The position numbers and the translations under genes are program-made. This document shows positions 9,483 to 18,322 of a stretch of DNA of 64,000 bases, piece by piece (positions within the stretch are counted from its first letter, which is position 1; each line of letters begins with the position of its first letter). The DNA lies in IMG/VR virus record IMGVR_UViG_3300020204_002217, positions 7,508 to 71,507 of that record. The stretch is one strand, 5' to 3'. The notes beneath the pieces were generated by a model. It had not been told where the DNA came from. It saw only the letters and a program-made list of their open reading frames with translations, and did not search any database. This DNA comes from a virus.

Positions 9483-10362
9483 GACTATTTATGAAGTCGG
9501 CTAATTCACTTGCTATAAACTTGTAACCTTCAATGGTTGGGTGTGCGCCGTCGCAATTAGTTAAGTATTTTGCTGGCCAATCTCTTCTCTTATAAAAGTT
9601 GTACCATCCACCTAACTGATCCTTAGGTAGAAGACCATCCAATAAAGCCAGTTTATGTACAAAGTTGGTATAATCTTTACTTGCGTGAAAGTAATTTGAC
9701 CAGTCTATTTTATTAAAAAATTTATTGCCGCTATACTGTTGCATGTAAGTTTTAATATCTAATCCATATGGATCATTAAAAGCGTTGGCAAACATAAATT
9801 TGTAATTATGTGCTTTGGCAAATGTCTGAGCATTAATAATAGCCATAAGTGAGTTGTTGACGACAAAATGATCACTATGTAACATTTTTCCATAAACAGC
9901 CCATAATGGTTCTTCGATGTCTCCGTGACCAGCAAATGGCCAAGCTGTGCGCCATTTGTAATGTTTATATTCTAAAGTTGAGTACATATCATCAGGCGGC
10001 ACATAAGGCGGAATAGGACACAAAGGGTCTCGCTGCCAAAAATCAAGTCTTTCAAAACCACTAAGCATCATAACTATAATGCCTGTGCTATTACCAAAAT
10101 CAATTTTATCAGCAAAATGAAGTTGATTGGCTGCAGCCAAATTTCCTATTCCACGTACACCTAGATTTACTGATGTATATTCAGGAAAATGATCTCTAGA
10201 TAAAACATTTACCCAGCTATGTTCATGTTCATGATGTCTTAAATAATAATCAGGTTTGCAACGAACCTGCACCCTACCGCCATGTTCTTTCCAAACTTCT
10301 TCTGGGTATCCTCCTTCACCCTGTGTCCAGCTGCATCCTATACCAACAATATACTTTTTCAT
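9442..10362 (-). CDS. SGNH/GDSL hydrolase-like protein
   Basis: GIGCSWTQGEG (block I), NLGVRGIGN (block II), DGAHPTIEGYKFIA (block V D..HP). Confidence 0.7.
   Translation of the reverse strand: MKKYIVGIGCSWTQGEGGYPEEVWKEHGGRVQVRCKPDYYLRHHEHEHSWVNVLSRDHFPEYTSVNLGVRGIGNLAAANQLHFADKIDFGNSTGIIVMMLSGFERLDFWQRDPLCPIPPYVPPDDMYSTLEYKHYKWRTAWPFAGHGDIEEPLWAVYGKMLHSDHFVVNNSLMAIINAQTFAKAHNYKFMFANAFNDPYGLDIKTYMQQYSGNKFFNKIDWSNYFHASKDYTNFVHKLALLDGLLPKDQLGGWYNFYKRRDWPAKYLTNCDGAHPTIEGYKFIASELADFINSHGYVKNNRQFCQP
9486..9493 (-). promoter_or_regulatory. Late promoter-like CATAAATA
   Basis: Immediately upstream of ATG 9482/9476, inside the 3' end of the SGNH gene. Confidence 0.5.
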
Positions 10363-11217
10363 TTAATTTAGCCTATATCGATTATCTTTTTGTCTTTTTA
10401 CTCTTTTCTTATAAACTAATTTACGTATTTGTTCTACAGTGTATGTATCGTCAGGCCAGTTTAAGAAATCTAAATCAGGGTCTGCAATGCGATCTGCTGA
10501 AAAGGGTCCTATAGGCCCATTTGCTTCTAACCATGTATCGGACTCATCTTTAAGTCCCCCTAGACCTGTAAGTTTATATAATAAACTTAATATGGATTGA
10601 TCGTGCCTATGTGCGATGAACTCTGGATGTTCCTTTACTTTTGAAGGTTCATCATTAGCTAAATGTATATCATTAAAAACATTTAAAAAACTATGAATAA
10701 ATGATTTTCCTATATCATTATTGACGACCAAAAGTTGACCGCTTGCAAACTGATTAGAATAAAATCTCTCGTTATCACAATTAAGGTGTATAAGTAAATC
10801 TCGTTTTGTATATTGTTTTTCATCAATATTATTAGTGCCGTCTCCTAAAAAAAAAGCCAGTATATTATGTTCTAGTACATATTCAAGATATGTAATTAAT
10901 TTTTTTTCACATTCTTTAATTATATTATGTCCGGAGTCTAGATATAATACAATATCATTATCAGGTATATTATTTAATAATTGTAAAATAATAGCAGGCT
11001 TCCACCATCCATATCCTGCTATTCGACCTAACATAGATTTATTATATCTTTGTAAAAAAAGATCCCTATCACTAAAACAATTTACAGTTTCAAACCAACC
11101 TGTATGTATGGCTTGTTTTTCAAGTCGAAATTTAGTTCTAGTTCTGTCAGCAGAACCAAATATTACTAAATGTAATTTTCTTGAGTTCCTGCGTCTTTTG
11201 ATAATAGATACTGACAT
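10363..11217 (-). CDS. Glycosyltransferase-like (GT-A) protein
   Basis: GYGWWKPAII, VLYLDSG (DxD-like), HRHDQSILSLL. Confidence 0.65.
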   Translation of the reverse strand: MSVSIIKRRRNSRKLHLVIFGSADRTRTKFRLEKQAIHTGWFETVNCFSDRDLFLQRYNKSMLGRIAGYGWWKPAIILQLLNNIPDNDIVLYLDSGHNIIKECEKKLITYLEYVLEHNILAFFLGDGTNNIDEKQYTKRDLLIHLNCDNERFYSNQFASGQLLVVNNDIGKSFIHSFLNVFNDIHLANDEPSKVKEHPEFIAHRHDQSILSLLYKLTGLGGLKDESDTWLEANGPIGPFSADRIADPDLDFLNWPDDTYTVEQIRKLVYKKRVKRQKDNRYRLN

Positions 11218-11219
11218 GA

Positions 11220-12191
11220 TCAGTGCTTATCTTCAAGCCCGTTTTCCAGTTGTTCTTTAATCCATTTGTAAGTGTTTATTAATCCTGTTTCTAAATCTTC
11301 GCCAGGAGCCCAATCAAGTTTTTCTTTTATTAATTTATTATCACTATTACGTCCCATAACGCCTAATGGACCATATATATTTTTAATTACAACTTCTTTA
11401 CCTACAAGTTTAGCTATTAAATGTACTAAATCATTTATAGCAATTATTCTTGTACTACCCAAATTTAATGGTAATTTATAATCACCTTCCATTATCTTGT
11501 GTATACCTTCTATACATTCATTAATATATAAAAAACTACGTGTTTGTGTGCCGGGTCCCCACACTTCAACAACTCCGTCACTCAATGCAATTTTACGACA
11601 AAGAGCTGCCGGAGCTTTTTCTTTACCGTTGTTCCAGCTACCTCTAGGTCCAAATATATTATGAAAACGTGCTACTCGCACATCCATATTATAATTTCTT
11701 GCATAAGTTAAGTATAATCTTTCACTAAATAATTTTTCCCAGCCATATTCACTATCGGGTGCAGCTGGATATGCACTGTTTTCACTACATAATGGATTAT
11801 TAGGATCGGTTTGATTATATGCAGGGTACATACAAGCACTAGAACTATAAAAAACTTTTTTTACGTTTTTCTTTTTCATAACATCTAAAACGTTAAGATT
11901 TATGCTTGCGCTATTATGCATAATATCGGCATCATGTTCACCAGTAAATATATAACCGGCGCCGCCCATATCTGCAGCAAACTGATATACTTCGTCGATT
12001 TGATTTTCAAATATAGTTTTTACGTTTTTGTATTCACGTAAATCTAGTTTATAAAACTTATCACACTTTGTTTTACTATATAAAGGCAACTTTAAGTCTG
12101 CTCCTACTACATAGTGTCCTTGTTGTTTCAAACTTTCAACAAGATATGTGCCTATAAAGCCGCCTGCACCGCATACTAAAATTCTTTTCAT
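11220..12191 (-). CDS. GDP-mannose 3',5'-epimerase-like NAD-dependent epimerase (extended SDR)
   Basis: GAGGFIG, AADMGGAGYI, YSSSACMYP, YGWEK (YxxxK), RFHNIFGP, GKEKAPAALCRK, QTRSF, GRNSDN, all typical of the GME family. Confidence 0.92.
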   Translation of the reverse strand: MKRILVCGAGGFIGTYLVESLKQQGHYVVGADLKLPLYSKTKCDKFYKLDLREYKNVKTIFENQIDEVYQFAADMGGAGYIFTGEHDADIMHNSASINLNVLDVMKKKNVKKVFYSSSACMYPAYNQTDPNNPLCSENSAYPAAPDSEYGWEKLFSERLYLTYARNYNMDVRVARFHNIFGPRGSWNNGKEKAPAALCRKIALSDGVVEVWGPGTQTRSFLYINECIEGIHKIMEGDYKLPLNLGSTRIIAINDLVHLIAKLVGKEVVIKNIYGPLGVMGRNSDNKLIKEKLDWAPGEDLETGLINTYKWIKEQLENGLEDKH

Positions 12192-13588
12192 TTTTTATGC
12201 GAATCCATCTTAAATAACATTTTCATTTGTTCAGCTTTAAGTAAATCTATTTTACCGATCTTTGCTAACTGGTTGATCATAGTATTAGCTATTTTTTCGC
12301 TTATTAATTCTTCGGGACTTGTTCTTAATAGATTAAAATTGTGATCTAAAATATGTTTTACTTTACGTTTAAAATCTAGGATTTTATCACTTTCCCAACT
12401 GCCGATTTCTCTGCATATATTTACAATAGCGACCATTCTTGCTTTTGGATCATGTAAATCGTCATAACTTTCACTCCAAAATTCGCCAAATGTTTTATAT
12501 CCAAGGTCTCTCATTGCTTTAAGTGATCCTTGTGCACCAACAATTATAAAAGGATGTTTCTCTTTTACCGGTTTAAATGATTTTTCAGTCAAAGTAACTG
12601 TTCCTAAATTATAGTTCGTTTCTGTTACTAAACTAACTAGGCTATTTGTATAAAAATTTCTTGCTTCCATATCTCTATCTTCACACATATATTCGATTTG
12701 TGTGTGATTATCAATTTTTAATGGAAGTTTATTAAACAAATTTTCTACATCTGGTCCTTGTAACTCTAAATATGGATTATTATAAATGTCGGCGTAATTT
12801 CTAAACGTAGAGGCAGGTTGTTCAGGATCAGATAATCCTAAACTATAATAGCTTCTATCTACAAGTCCATGTTTATTTAAGGCTATAGATAGCTCTATTC
12901 TATGACTTCTATATCTTCTATTCCAACATAAAAAAACTTTTTCTGGAACTTTGTTTTCATCGTAATTTGGTTCTGTTAATGCTCCATTTGATAATTGTGT
13001 AGCGTAAATAGCCTGGCTACTAGGGTTGCTTATAATGTTTAATCTTTGGTCTGCTCTTTTTGGTATATTTCTACGCCTACAAAAATCCTCATAGATTTCA
13101 TTAGCATTCATACAACCTGTCAAATATATTATTTTGTTTAATGGTAATCCCTTTACAACATTAAAGTAATTGTGCAGAGCCATTAAGTTATCTTCTTCTA
13201 CAAAAGCCTCTACAGATAAGTCTATCAATATAAATCCTTGACCGGATCTAATTTGATGTAAAACATGACCTGAAATATGACTATATTCTAATATACCTGT
13301 ATTACCAAAAAAGTAATTATTAAAAGGTATTCTCCAAGTTAAGCTATAAGGATATAAAAATATGTCTCTATCTGTAACTTCACTATTAGCCCACAATATC
13401 CAATTTTCTTTTTTATATCTAAAAATTCTTCGCCATAAATCATCTTGCCACCACATTCTTGAATGAGGCTGCATTTCTTCGCCTGCATTTACAAAACTCA
13501 TTATTGTTGGTAACTCAGTATTCCATATTGGACCCTTAGGACCCATCCACGCATATACAACTTTTAGTGCATAATCTAACCGTATCAT
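12188..13588 (-). CDS. GT10-like glycosyltransferase-related protein, 466 aa
   Basis: FLCWNRRYRSHR, LVSLVTET..LTEKSFKPVKEKHPFIIVG..RDLGYKTF..WSESYD. Confidence 0.6.
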   Translation of the reverse strand: MIRLDYALKVVYAWMGPKGPIWNTELPTIMSFVNAGEEMQPHSRMWWQDDLWRRIFRYKKENWILWANSEVTDRDIFLYPYSLTWRIPFNNYFFGNTGILEYSHISGHVLHQIRSGQGFILIDLSVEAFVEEDNLMALHNYFNVVKGLPLNKIIYLTGCMNANEIYEDFCRRRNIPKRADQRLNIISNPSSQAIYATQLSNGALTEPNYDENKVPEKVFLCWNRRYRSHRIELSIALNKHGLVDRSYYSLGLSDPEQPASTFRNYADIYNNPYLELQGPDVENLFNKLPLKIDNHTQIEYMCEDRDMEARNFYTNSLVSLVTETNYNLGTVTLTEKSFKPVKEKHPFIIVGAQGSLKAMRDLGYKTFGEFWSESYDDLHDPKARMVAIVNICREIGSWESDKILDFKRKVKHILDHNFNLLRTSPEELISEKIANTMINQLAKIGKIDLLKAEQMKMLFKMDSHKK

Positions 13589-13594
13589 AAGATT

Positions 13595-13602
13595 TATTTA
13601 TG
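13595..13602 (-). promoter_or_regulatory. Late promoter-like CATAAATA
   Basis: Overlaps the TAA stop at 13598; 6 nt before ATG 13588. Confidence 0.5.
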
Positions 13603-14566
13603 TATCAATATATTTGGGTATTATAATATCGGTGCCGCAATGACAATGTTCTTTGCCGCAAATAATTCGCTTAGGCCCTACTCTTGCAACGTCATCAAGT
13701 ATATGACCTATATAGCCACCTTGACCGCAACTTGCTAGGCTCATCTCCCCAACTGGATTGATGAATATACAATCTCCTACATTGCATTCCCAGCCCATAA
13801 AGAAATTGTTACCTGCAACAATGACTTCATTACTATTACAGACCTCCGTTGACTTATCATCATATTTGTTATAGCTTACAGTCATAGTAGTACGTTTCAT
13901 TGGCTTACGCTTACTTTGATATACCTCAGTTGTATTGTTTTTAATAAACTCAACTTTAGCTGGGTCATCATAATGCCACGGTCCAGTATTAGGACTCATT
14001 TCGTCGAATAAAGGTGTCCACTCTAAGAAGTAGTTAGGCATAACTGTTTTTAGATAGTTACCAAACTCTACAACTTCCCAAAATCTTTGATCATGCAATA
14101 ACATCTTAGTGGATAGGTAGTTTACCTTATCACATAAAAAGATATTGTTGTCTTCATAACGCTTTTTATTTGCAAATTCTATATGAAAACTTGCTACTAC
14201 ATCATCAAATAAATAATAATTCTTTTCCCACCAAGCTAATGGCCTTGATAAGTTTGTGTTTACTGCTAATGTTGCACGTGGTAATTCATTATATAACCAC
14301 TCACATATTGGTAAAAAGTTCTTCCATGCTGTAGGTTCGCCACCACTAAAGAAAAACTTAAAGTTTTTATAGCCAGCAGCTTTATATTTTGTTACTATTG
14401 TATCAAGGTTTTTAATATATCTGTCAGTATTACCTTCGTTCTTTGCAGTACCTCCCCAGTTGCCAGGGTTACAGTAGCTACATTGATAATTACAAAAGTT
14501 ATTTACCTGCCAGGTAATACTTAAATATGGCTGAGGAGCTTCAATAGCTATTAACTTCTTGCCCAA
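13598..14566 (-). CDS. Radical SAM enzyme with a C-terminal twitch/SPASM-like Cys cluster
   Basis: CNYQCSYC, FSGGEPT, NTNLS, ASFH; C-terminal GWECNVG..I.P.G...ASC..ICGKEHCHCGTD. Confidence 0.9.
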   Translation of the reverse strand: MGKKLIAIEAPQPYLSITWQVNNFCNYQCSYCNPGNWGGTAKNEGNTDRYIKNLDTIVTKYKAAGYKNFKFFFSGGEPTAWKNFLPICEWLYNELPRATLAVNTNLSRPLAWWEKNYYLFDDVVASFHIEFANKKRYEDNNIFLCDKVNYLSTKMLLHDQRFWEVVEFGNYLKTVMPNYFLEWTPLFDEMSPNTGPWHYDDPAKVEFIKNNTTEVYQSKRKPMKRTTMTVSYNKYDDKSTEVCNSNEVIVAGNNFFMGWECNVGDCIFINPVGEMSLASCGQGGYIGHILDDVARVGPKRIICGKEHCHCGTDIIIPKYIDT

Positions 14567-15822
14567 TCGAACACCTCTTTAAGTTCGGGAACTATTTCTT
14601 CTAACTTTTCGTCACGAAATTTGTCTAATTCTTCATTAAACTGTATAAACTCTTGAACGCCACCTTTGTTTTCATCACCTACAGTTAGATTATAGATAAT
14701 CATTTTGAAACCATTATAAATGTCTTGATTATCTTTATATTTGTTTTGATATACACGATATAATTCTGCTAATCTACGCTTAACATGTGTTGGCATAATC
14801 ATTATATTACTATACCAAGGATTTGTAGCTAAATTAAAGCGCGGGCTTGATTTAGTATCAATGAAGCCACTTTCAATCATATAATCAAAAAAGTCCGGGA
14901 AAGTAAACACGTTCCACATGCTTATGGTTGGAGTAATCTGAAATTCAGCATGTGGAACTTGCTTTTTAACAGTTCGAATGTTTGCTTCAATGCGTGACCA
15001 ATCGGTACCCTTACGGATACATTCTGCTACTTTCCCGTGTGCGTCAAGACTGGCCCATATTTTAAGTTTAGGAAACTTCTTCCAATATTCAATTAAATCA
15101 ACACCTTTTTTATATTTTAATGAACTAAAGTTAGTGGTGTATGTTAATTCAACTTGATCTGTAAGGCCGTTAGCTATCCAATAGTCTAAGCACTCATAAT
15201 GCTCTGGAGTGATGATAATTTCACCTCCTGCAAAATATACTTCTGTTACGTCTTTTAGATGAGGCTTTAATTTTTTCATAAAATCGCCGCCATCGTTGTT
15301 GTTAATAACAACTTTATTTGTTTTAAAATACTGTTGATAAATTTCTGGGCCGCGTTCTTCCATAAACTCTTGTGCCCATTGGCTTGAGCAGCTAGGTCCA
15401 CAACTACGGCATTTCATATTACATAGATTACTAAAACGTATATCCATGTATTTCATTTCAAATTCTTTTAAACTTCCATCTTTGTTTGTATTTTCGCTTA
15501 TGTAGTTTACATATTCTAAACCTTTACGTTTATTATGACTTTGACGCATAGTCCATGTGCCCATAAGTTCAAGATCATAACAACGCTTACAAGCCTCTAC
15601 AGGCTCGTCATTCATCATAGCTAAACGTAATTTCTTATAATCAGGAGTATTCATCATATCAATTATTTCTTGATTACTCTTAATTTCTGAGACTGGCATG
15701 TTACTGTCAGCCACACAACAAGGAAGTACACGCTTATCTGGCCATGCATGAAAGTGTACCCATGGCAGTACACAAAAGTACTTGCCGTGTTTAACAAGGT
15801 TTTCTGTTTCTATTTTATCCAT
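14551..15822 (-). CDS. Radical SAM enzyme with an N-terminal twitch Fe-S domain
   Basis: CVLPWVH..PCC..CKRCY precedes DIRFSNLCNMKCRSC, YFAGGE, YTTN, ASLD. Confidence 0.9.
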   Translation of the reverse strand: MDKIETENLVKHGKYFCVLPWVHFHAWPDKRVLPCCVADSNMPVSEIKSNQEIIDMMNTPDYKKLRLAMMNDEPVEACKRCYDLELMGTWTMRQSHNKRKGLEYVNYISENTNKDGSLKEFEMKYMDIRFSNLCNMKCRSCGPSCSSQWAQEFMEERGPEIYQQYFKTNKVVINNNDGGDFMKKLKPHLKDVTEVYFAGGEIIITPEHYECLDYWIANGLTDQVELTYTTNFSSLKYKKGVDLIEYWKKFPKLKIWASLDAHGKVAECIRKGTDWSRIEANIRTVKKQVPHAEFQITPTISMWNVFTFPDFFDYMIESGFIDTKSSPRFNLATNPWYSNIMIMPTHVKRRLAELYRVYQNKYKDNQDIYNGFKMIIYNLTVGDENKGGVQEFIQFNEELDKFRDEKLEEIVPELKEVFDWARS

Positions 15823-15824
15823 TT

Positions 15825-17063
15825 TTACTCCAACAAATCTTGCAAACTATTTAATTCAGGGAACGTTTTCCAGAAACTTTCATCACGTATTCTATCAATA
15901 CTTCCTGTATGCATTAAGAACTTTTCTTTATTTGCAGCCCAAGTATCACGCTCCTTAGCAAAATTAATAGCATCTAGTACAAGTCTAGGTAAACAAGTCT
16001 TATCATTTGTATTAGCCTCACTCCACGCTAACGCTTTACGCTCTGCTTCAACTTTTAATGCTTTTGGCAAACTAGTAGCACTATAATAACTAGGATGAAC
16101 CGCCAAATATAAACTATGATACCAATCTTCTTCACGTATAATATTTTTACTTTTTAAGTAGCTATAAAACTCACTTAATGTAAGATAATTATAGATACTG
16201 AAAACAGTATTCATTTGAAATACTATATAATCCAAATTACGGAAAGTTAATAGATTGCTTTCCACCTTTCCCCAATCTGTCCCCTTACGCATGTATTCTG
16301 CACGTTCACCATAGTGATCAATACTACAGCTTAATTCAATTTTTTTAAAATGTTTCCATAAATCTAAAACATCATGATTTTTATAACGTATATTACTTGA
16401 ATTAGTATTGTACCTTAAAGTAATATTGGTACGCCCTAATCGTATCATTTCTTCAAGTATGGTATAATGTTCATCAGTAATTAATGGCTCACCACCTGCA
16501 AAGTATGCCAGATCAATATGTTCTACATGAGTGAGTACTTCTTTTAATAAATCTCCCTTTTCATCGTCGGCGTGAATTAGTATAGGATGTTTAGGATCAT
16601 AGTTTTTATTCATTTCTAGACCCCATTGACTGCTAAACTCACTTCCGCACGTTCTGCATTTAAAATTGCAAATATTACTGAAACGTATGTCAAAATAGCG
16701 CATTTTAAATTCGTCCACAGTACCGTCTTCTTTTGTACTAGGTACGACTTCATCATAGTACTTGCCAAAATGCTCTTTACTATAGTTTCTAAAACTATGC
16801 GGACCTGCTTCTTCATGTTTATAACAAAAATCACAAATTTTATTCTTACGTTCATTAAGCATGTCCAATCGTAATTCTTTCATCTTAGTACTATTAAATG
16901 CTTGTTCAAGTGTAATTTCTTTAGTGTTTCCAAAAGGTTGTGTATAGTCATTACTACAGCAAGGGTAAATATCTCCTTTAGGAGTAACATTAAGATGTAG
17001 CCATGGGAACATGCAAAATGTTTTACTTTCGTTTAATAAAAATTGTTTATTCATACTGGCCAA
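15825..17063 (-). CDS. Radical SAM enzyme with an N-terminal twitch Fe-S domain
   Basis: CMFPWLH..PCC..CDFCY; DIRFSNICNFKCRTC; YFAGGEP; YNTN; CSID. Confidence 0.9.
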   Translation of the reverse strand: MASMNKQFLLNESKTFCMFPWLHLNVTPKGDIYPCCSNDYTQPFGNTKEITLEQAFNSTKMKELRLDMLNERKNKICDFCYKHEEAGPHSFRNYSKEHFGKYYDEVVPSTKEDGTVDEFKMRYFDIRFSNICNFKCRTCGSEFSSQWGLEMNKNYDPKHPILIHADDEKGDLLKEVLTHVEHIDLAYFAGGEPLITDEHYTILEEMIRLGRTNITLRYNTNSSNIRYKNHDVLDLWKHFKKIELSCSIDHYGERAEYMRKGTDWGKVESNLLTFRNLDYIVFQMNTVFSIYNYLTLSEFYSYLKSKNIIREEDWYHSLYLAVHPSYYSATSLPKALKVEAERKALAWSEANTNDKTCLPRLVLDAINFAKERDTWAANKEKFLMHTGSIDRIRDESFWKTFPELNSLQDLLE

Positions 17064-18322
17064 AATTTTCTTTTGTCTATGTTTATTAATCCACGTAATT
17101 CAGGAAAAACACTTTCAAATTTTTCCCCGCGTATCTTATCTAATCGTTCTATCTCAGCTTTAAAATAATGTCCATGAGTTTCCCAAGTATTTTGACTATC
17201 AGCCCAAATATGAGTTCTTTCAAGTTGCTCTATCTTTTGTTCTTGGAAAGCCTTTGTTTTCATTAATTCAATTACTTTGTTTACGCTTTGTTTACCCTTT
17301 TCTTTATATTCCTGCGGTAGTACATGGCAAGCAATATGGAAAGGAGTGCTAGCACAATATAGTGTATAAACTCTATCTTTAATTGTATACATTTTGTTAT
17401 CTATTAGATATTGATAAAATTCTGCAATACTTAGGTAATTGAATGCACTTAATACTGTGTTTATTTGCAACACAAGATTTTTTTGTTTTTTTATAGTATG
17501 GAAGTTTGTTTCTACAACTCCCCAATCAGTACCATGTCTTATATACTCTGCTCTTTTACCAAAGTGATCTATACTTGCGTAAATGTTTATGTCGTGTGTA
17601 AAATAACTCCAAAGTTTAAGCAAATCTTTATTCTTAAATTTTAAGTTGCTTAAATTAGTATTATAACGTAACTTGATATTGGTTTTATTTTTACGTATCA
17701 TTTCTTCAAGCATAATATAATGCTCTTCAGTAATCAATGGCTCGCCGCCTGCAAAATAGGCCATCTCCATAAATTCTACTTGATCTAATACATCTTGTAA
17801 AAACTGCTTACTATCGTTTTTTGGAATTTGCCTTGCATAGGTAAGATTGCTTTTTATATCCTCTTGTTCCCATTGTGTACTAAATTCAGCTCCGCATGTT
17901 CTACATTTAAAGTTGCAAATATTACTAAAGCGGATATCAAAATATTTCATTTCAAATTTAGACAACGAGCCGTCGTCCAAATCAGTATATGCCATTACAT
18001 TATCAAACAAATGAAGCCATTCTGCATTAGCATATTGTCTCGAACTCTTTATACCCTGTTCTTCGTGTTGATAACAATTAGTGCATTCGTTATTCTTTTT
18101 GCCAGCTAGCATATCTAATCTAAGCTGCTTCATTTTTTCACTATTAACAAGTTCTAAAAGTGAATTTCTCCTTGGATCGCCAACTCCTGTAGTTGTTGTG
18201 CAACTTTGTGCTATACAACAAGGAGCAGCTACACTTGCAGGAGTAGTATGTAAATGAACCCAAGGGTACATACAAAAAGTTTCGCTTTTTTCAAGCATCA
18301 AATGTTGTAGTACATTTTTCAT
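17051..18322 (-). CDS. Radical SAM enzyme with an N-terminal twitch Fe-S domain
   Basis: CMYPWVH..PCC..CTNCY; DIRFSNICNFKCRTC; YFAGGEP; ASID. Confidence 0.9.
   Translation of the reverse strand: MKNVLQHLMLEKSETFCMYPWVHLHTTPASVAAPCCIAQSCTTTTGVGDPRRNSLLELVNSEKMKQLRLDMLAGKKNNECTNCYQHEEQGIKSSRQYANAEWLHLFDNVMAYTDLDDGSLSKFEMKYFDIRFSNICNFKCRTCGAEFSTQWEQEDIKSNLTYARQIPKNDSKQFLQDVLDQVEFMEMAYFAGGEPLITEEHYIMLEEMIRKNKTNIKLRYNTNLSNLKFKNKDLLKLWSYFTHDINIYASIDHFGKRAEYIRHGTDWGVVETNFHTIKKQKNLVLQINTVLSAFNYLSIAEFYQYLIDNKMYTIKDRVYTLYCASTPFHIACHVLPQEYKEKGKQSVNKVIELMKTKAFQEQKIEQLERTHIWADSQNTWETHGHYFKAEIERLDKIRGEKFESVFPELRGLINIDKRKFWPV

Noticed and set aside
10847-10907. A9 and T8 homopolymers in a GT gene as phase-variation tracts
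   Set aside because: Such runs are expected at this AT content, the frame is intact, and no read data are available.
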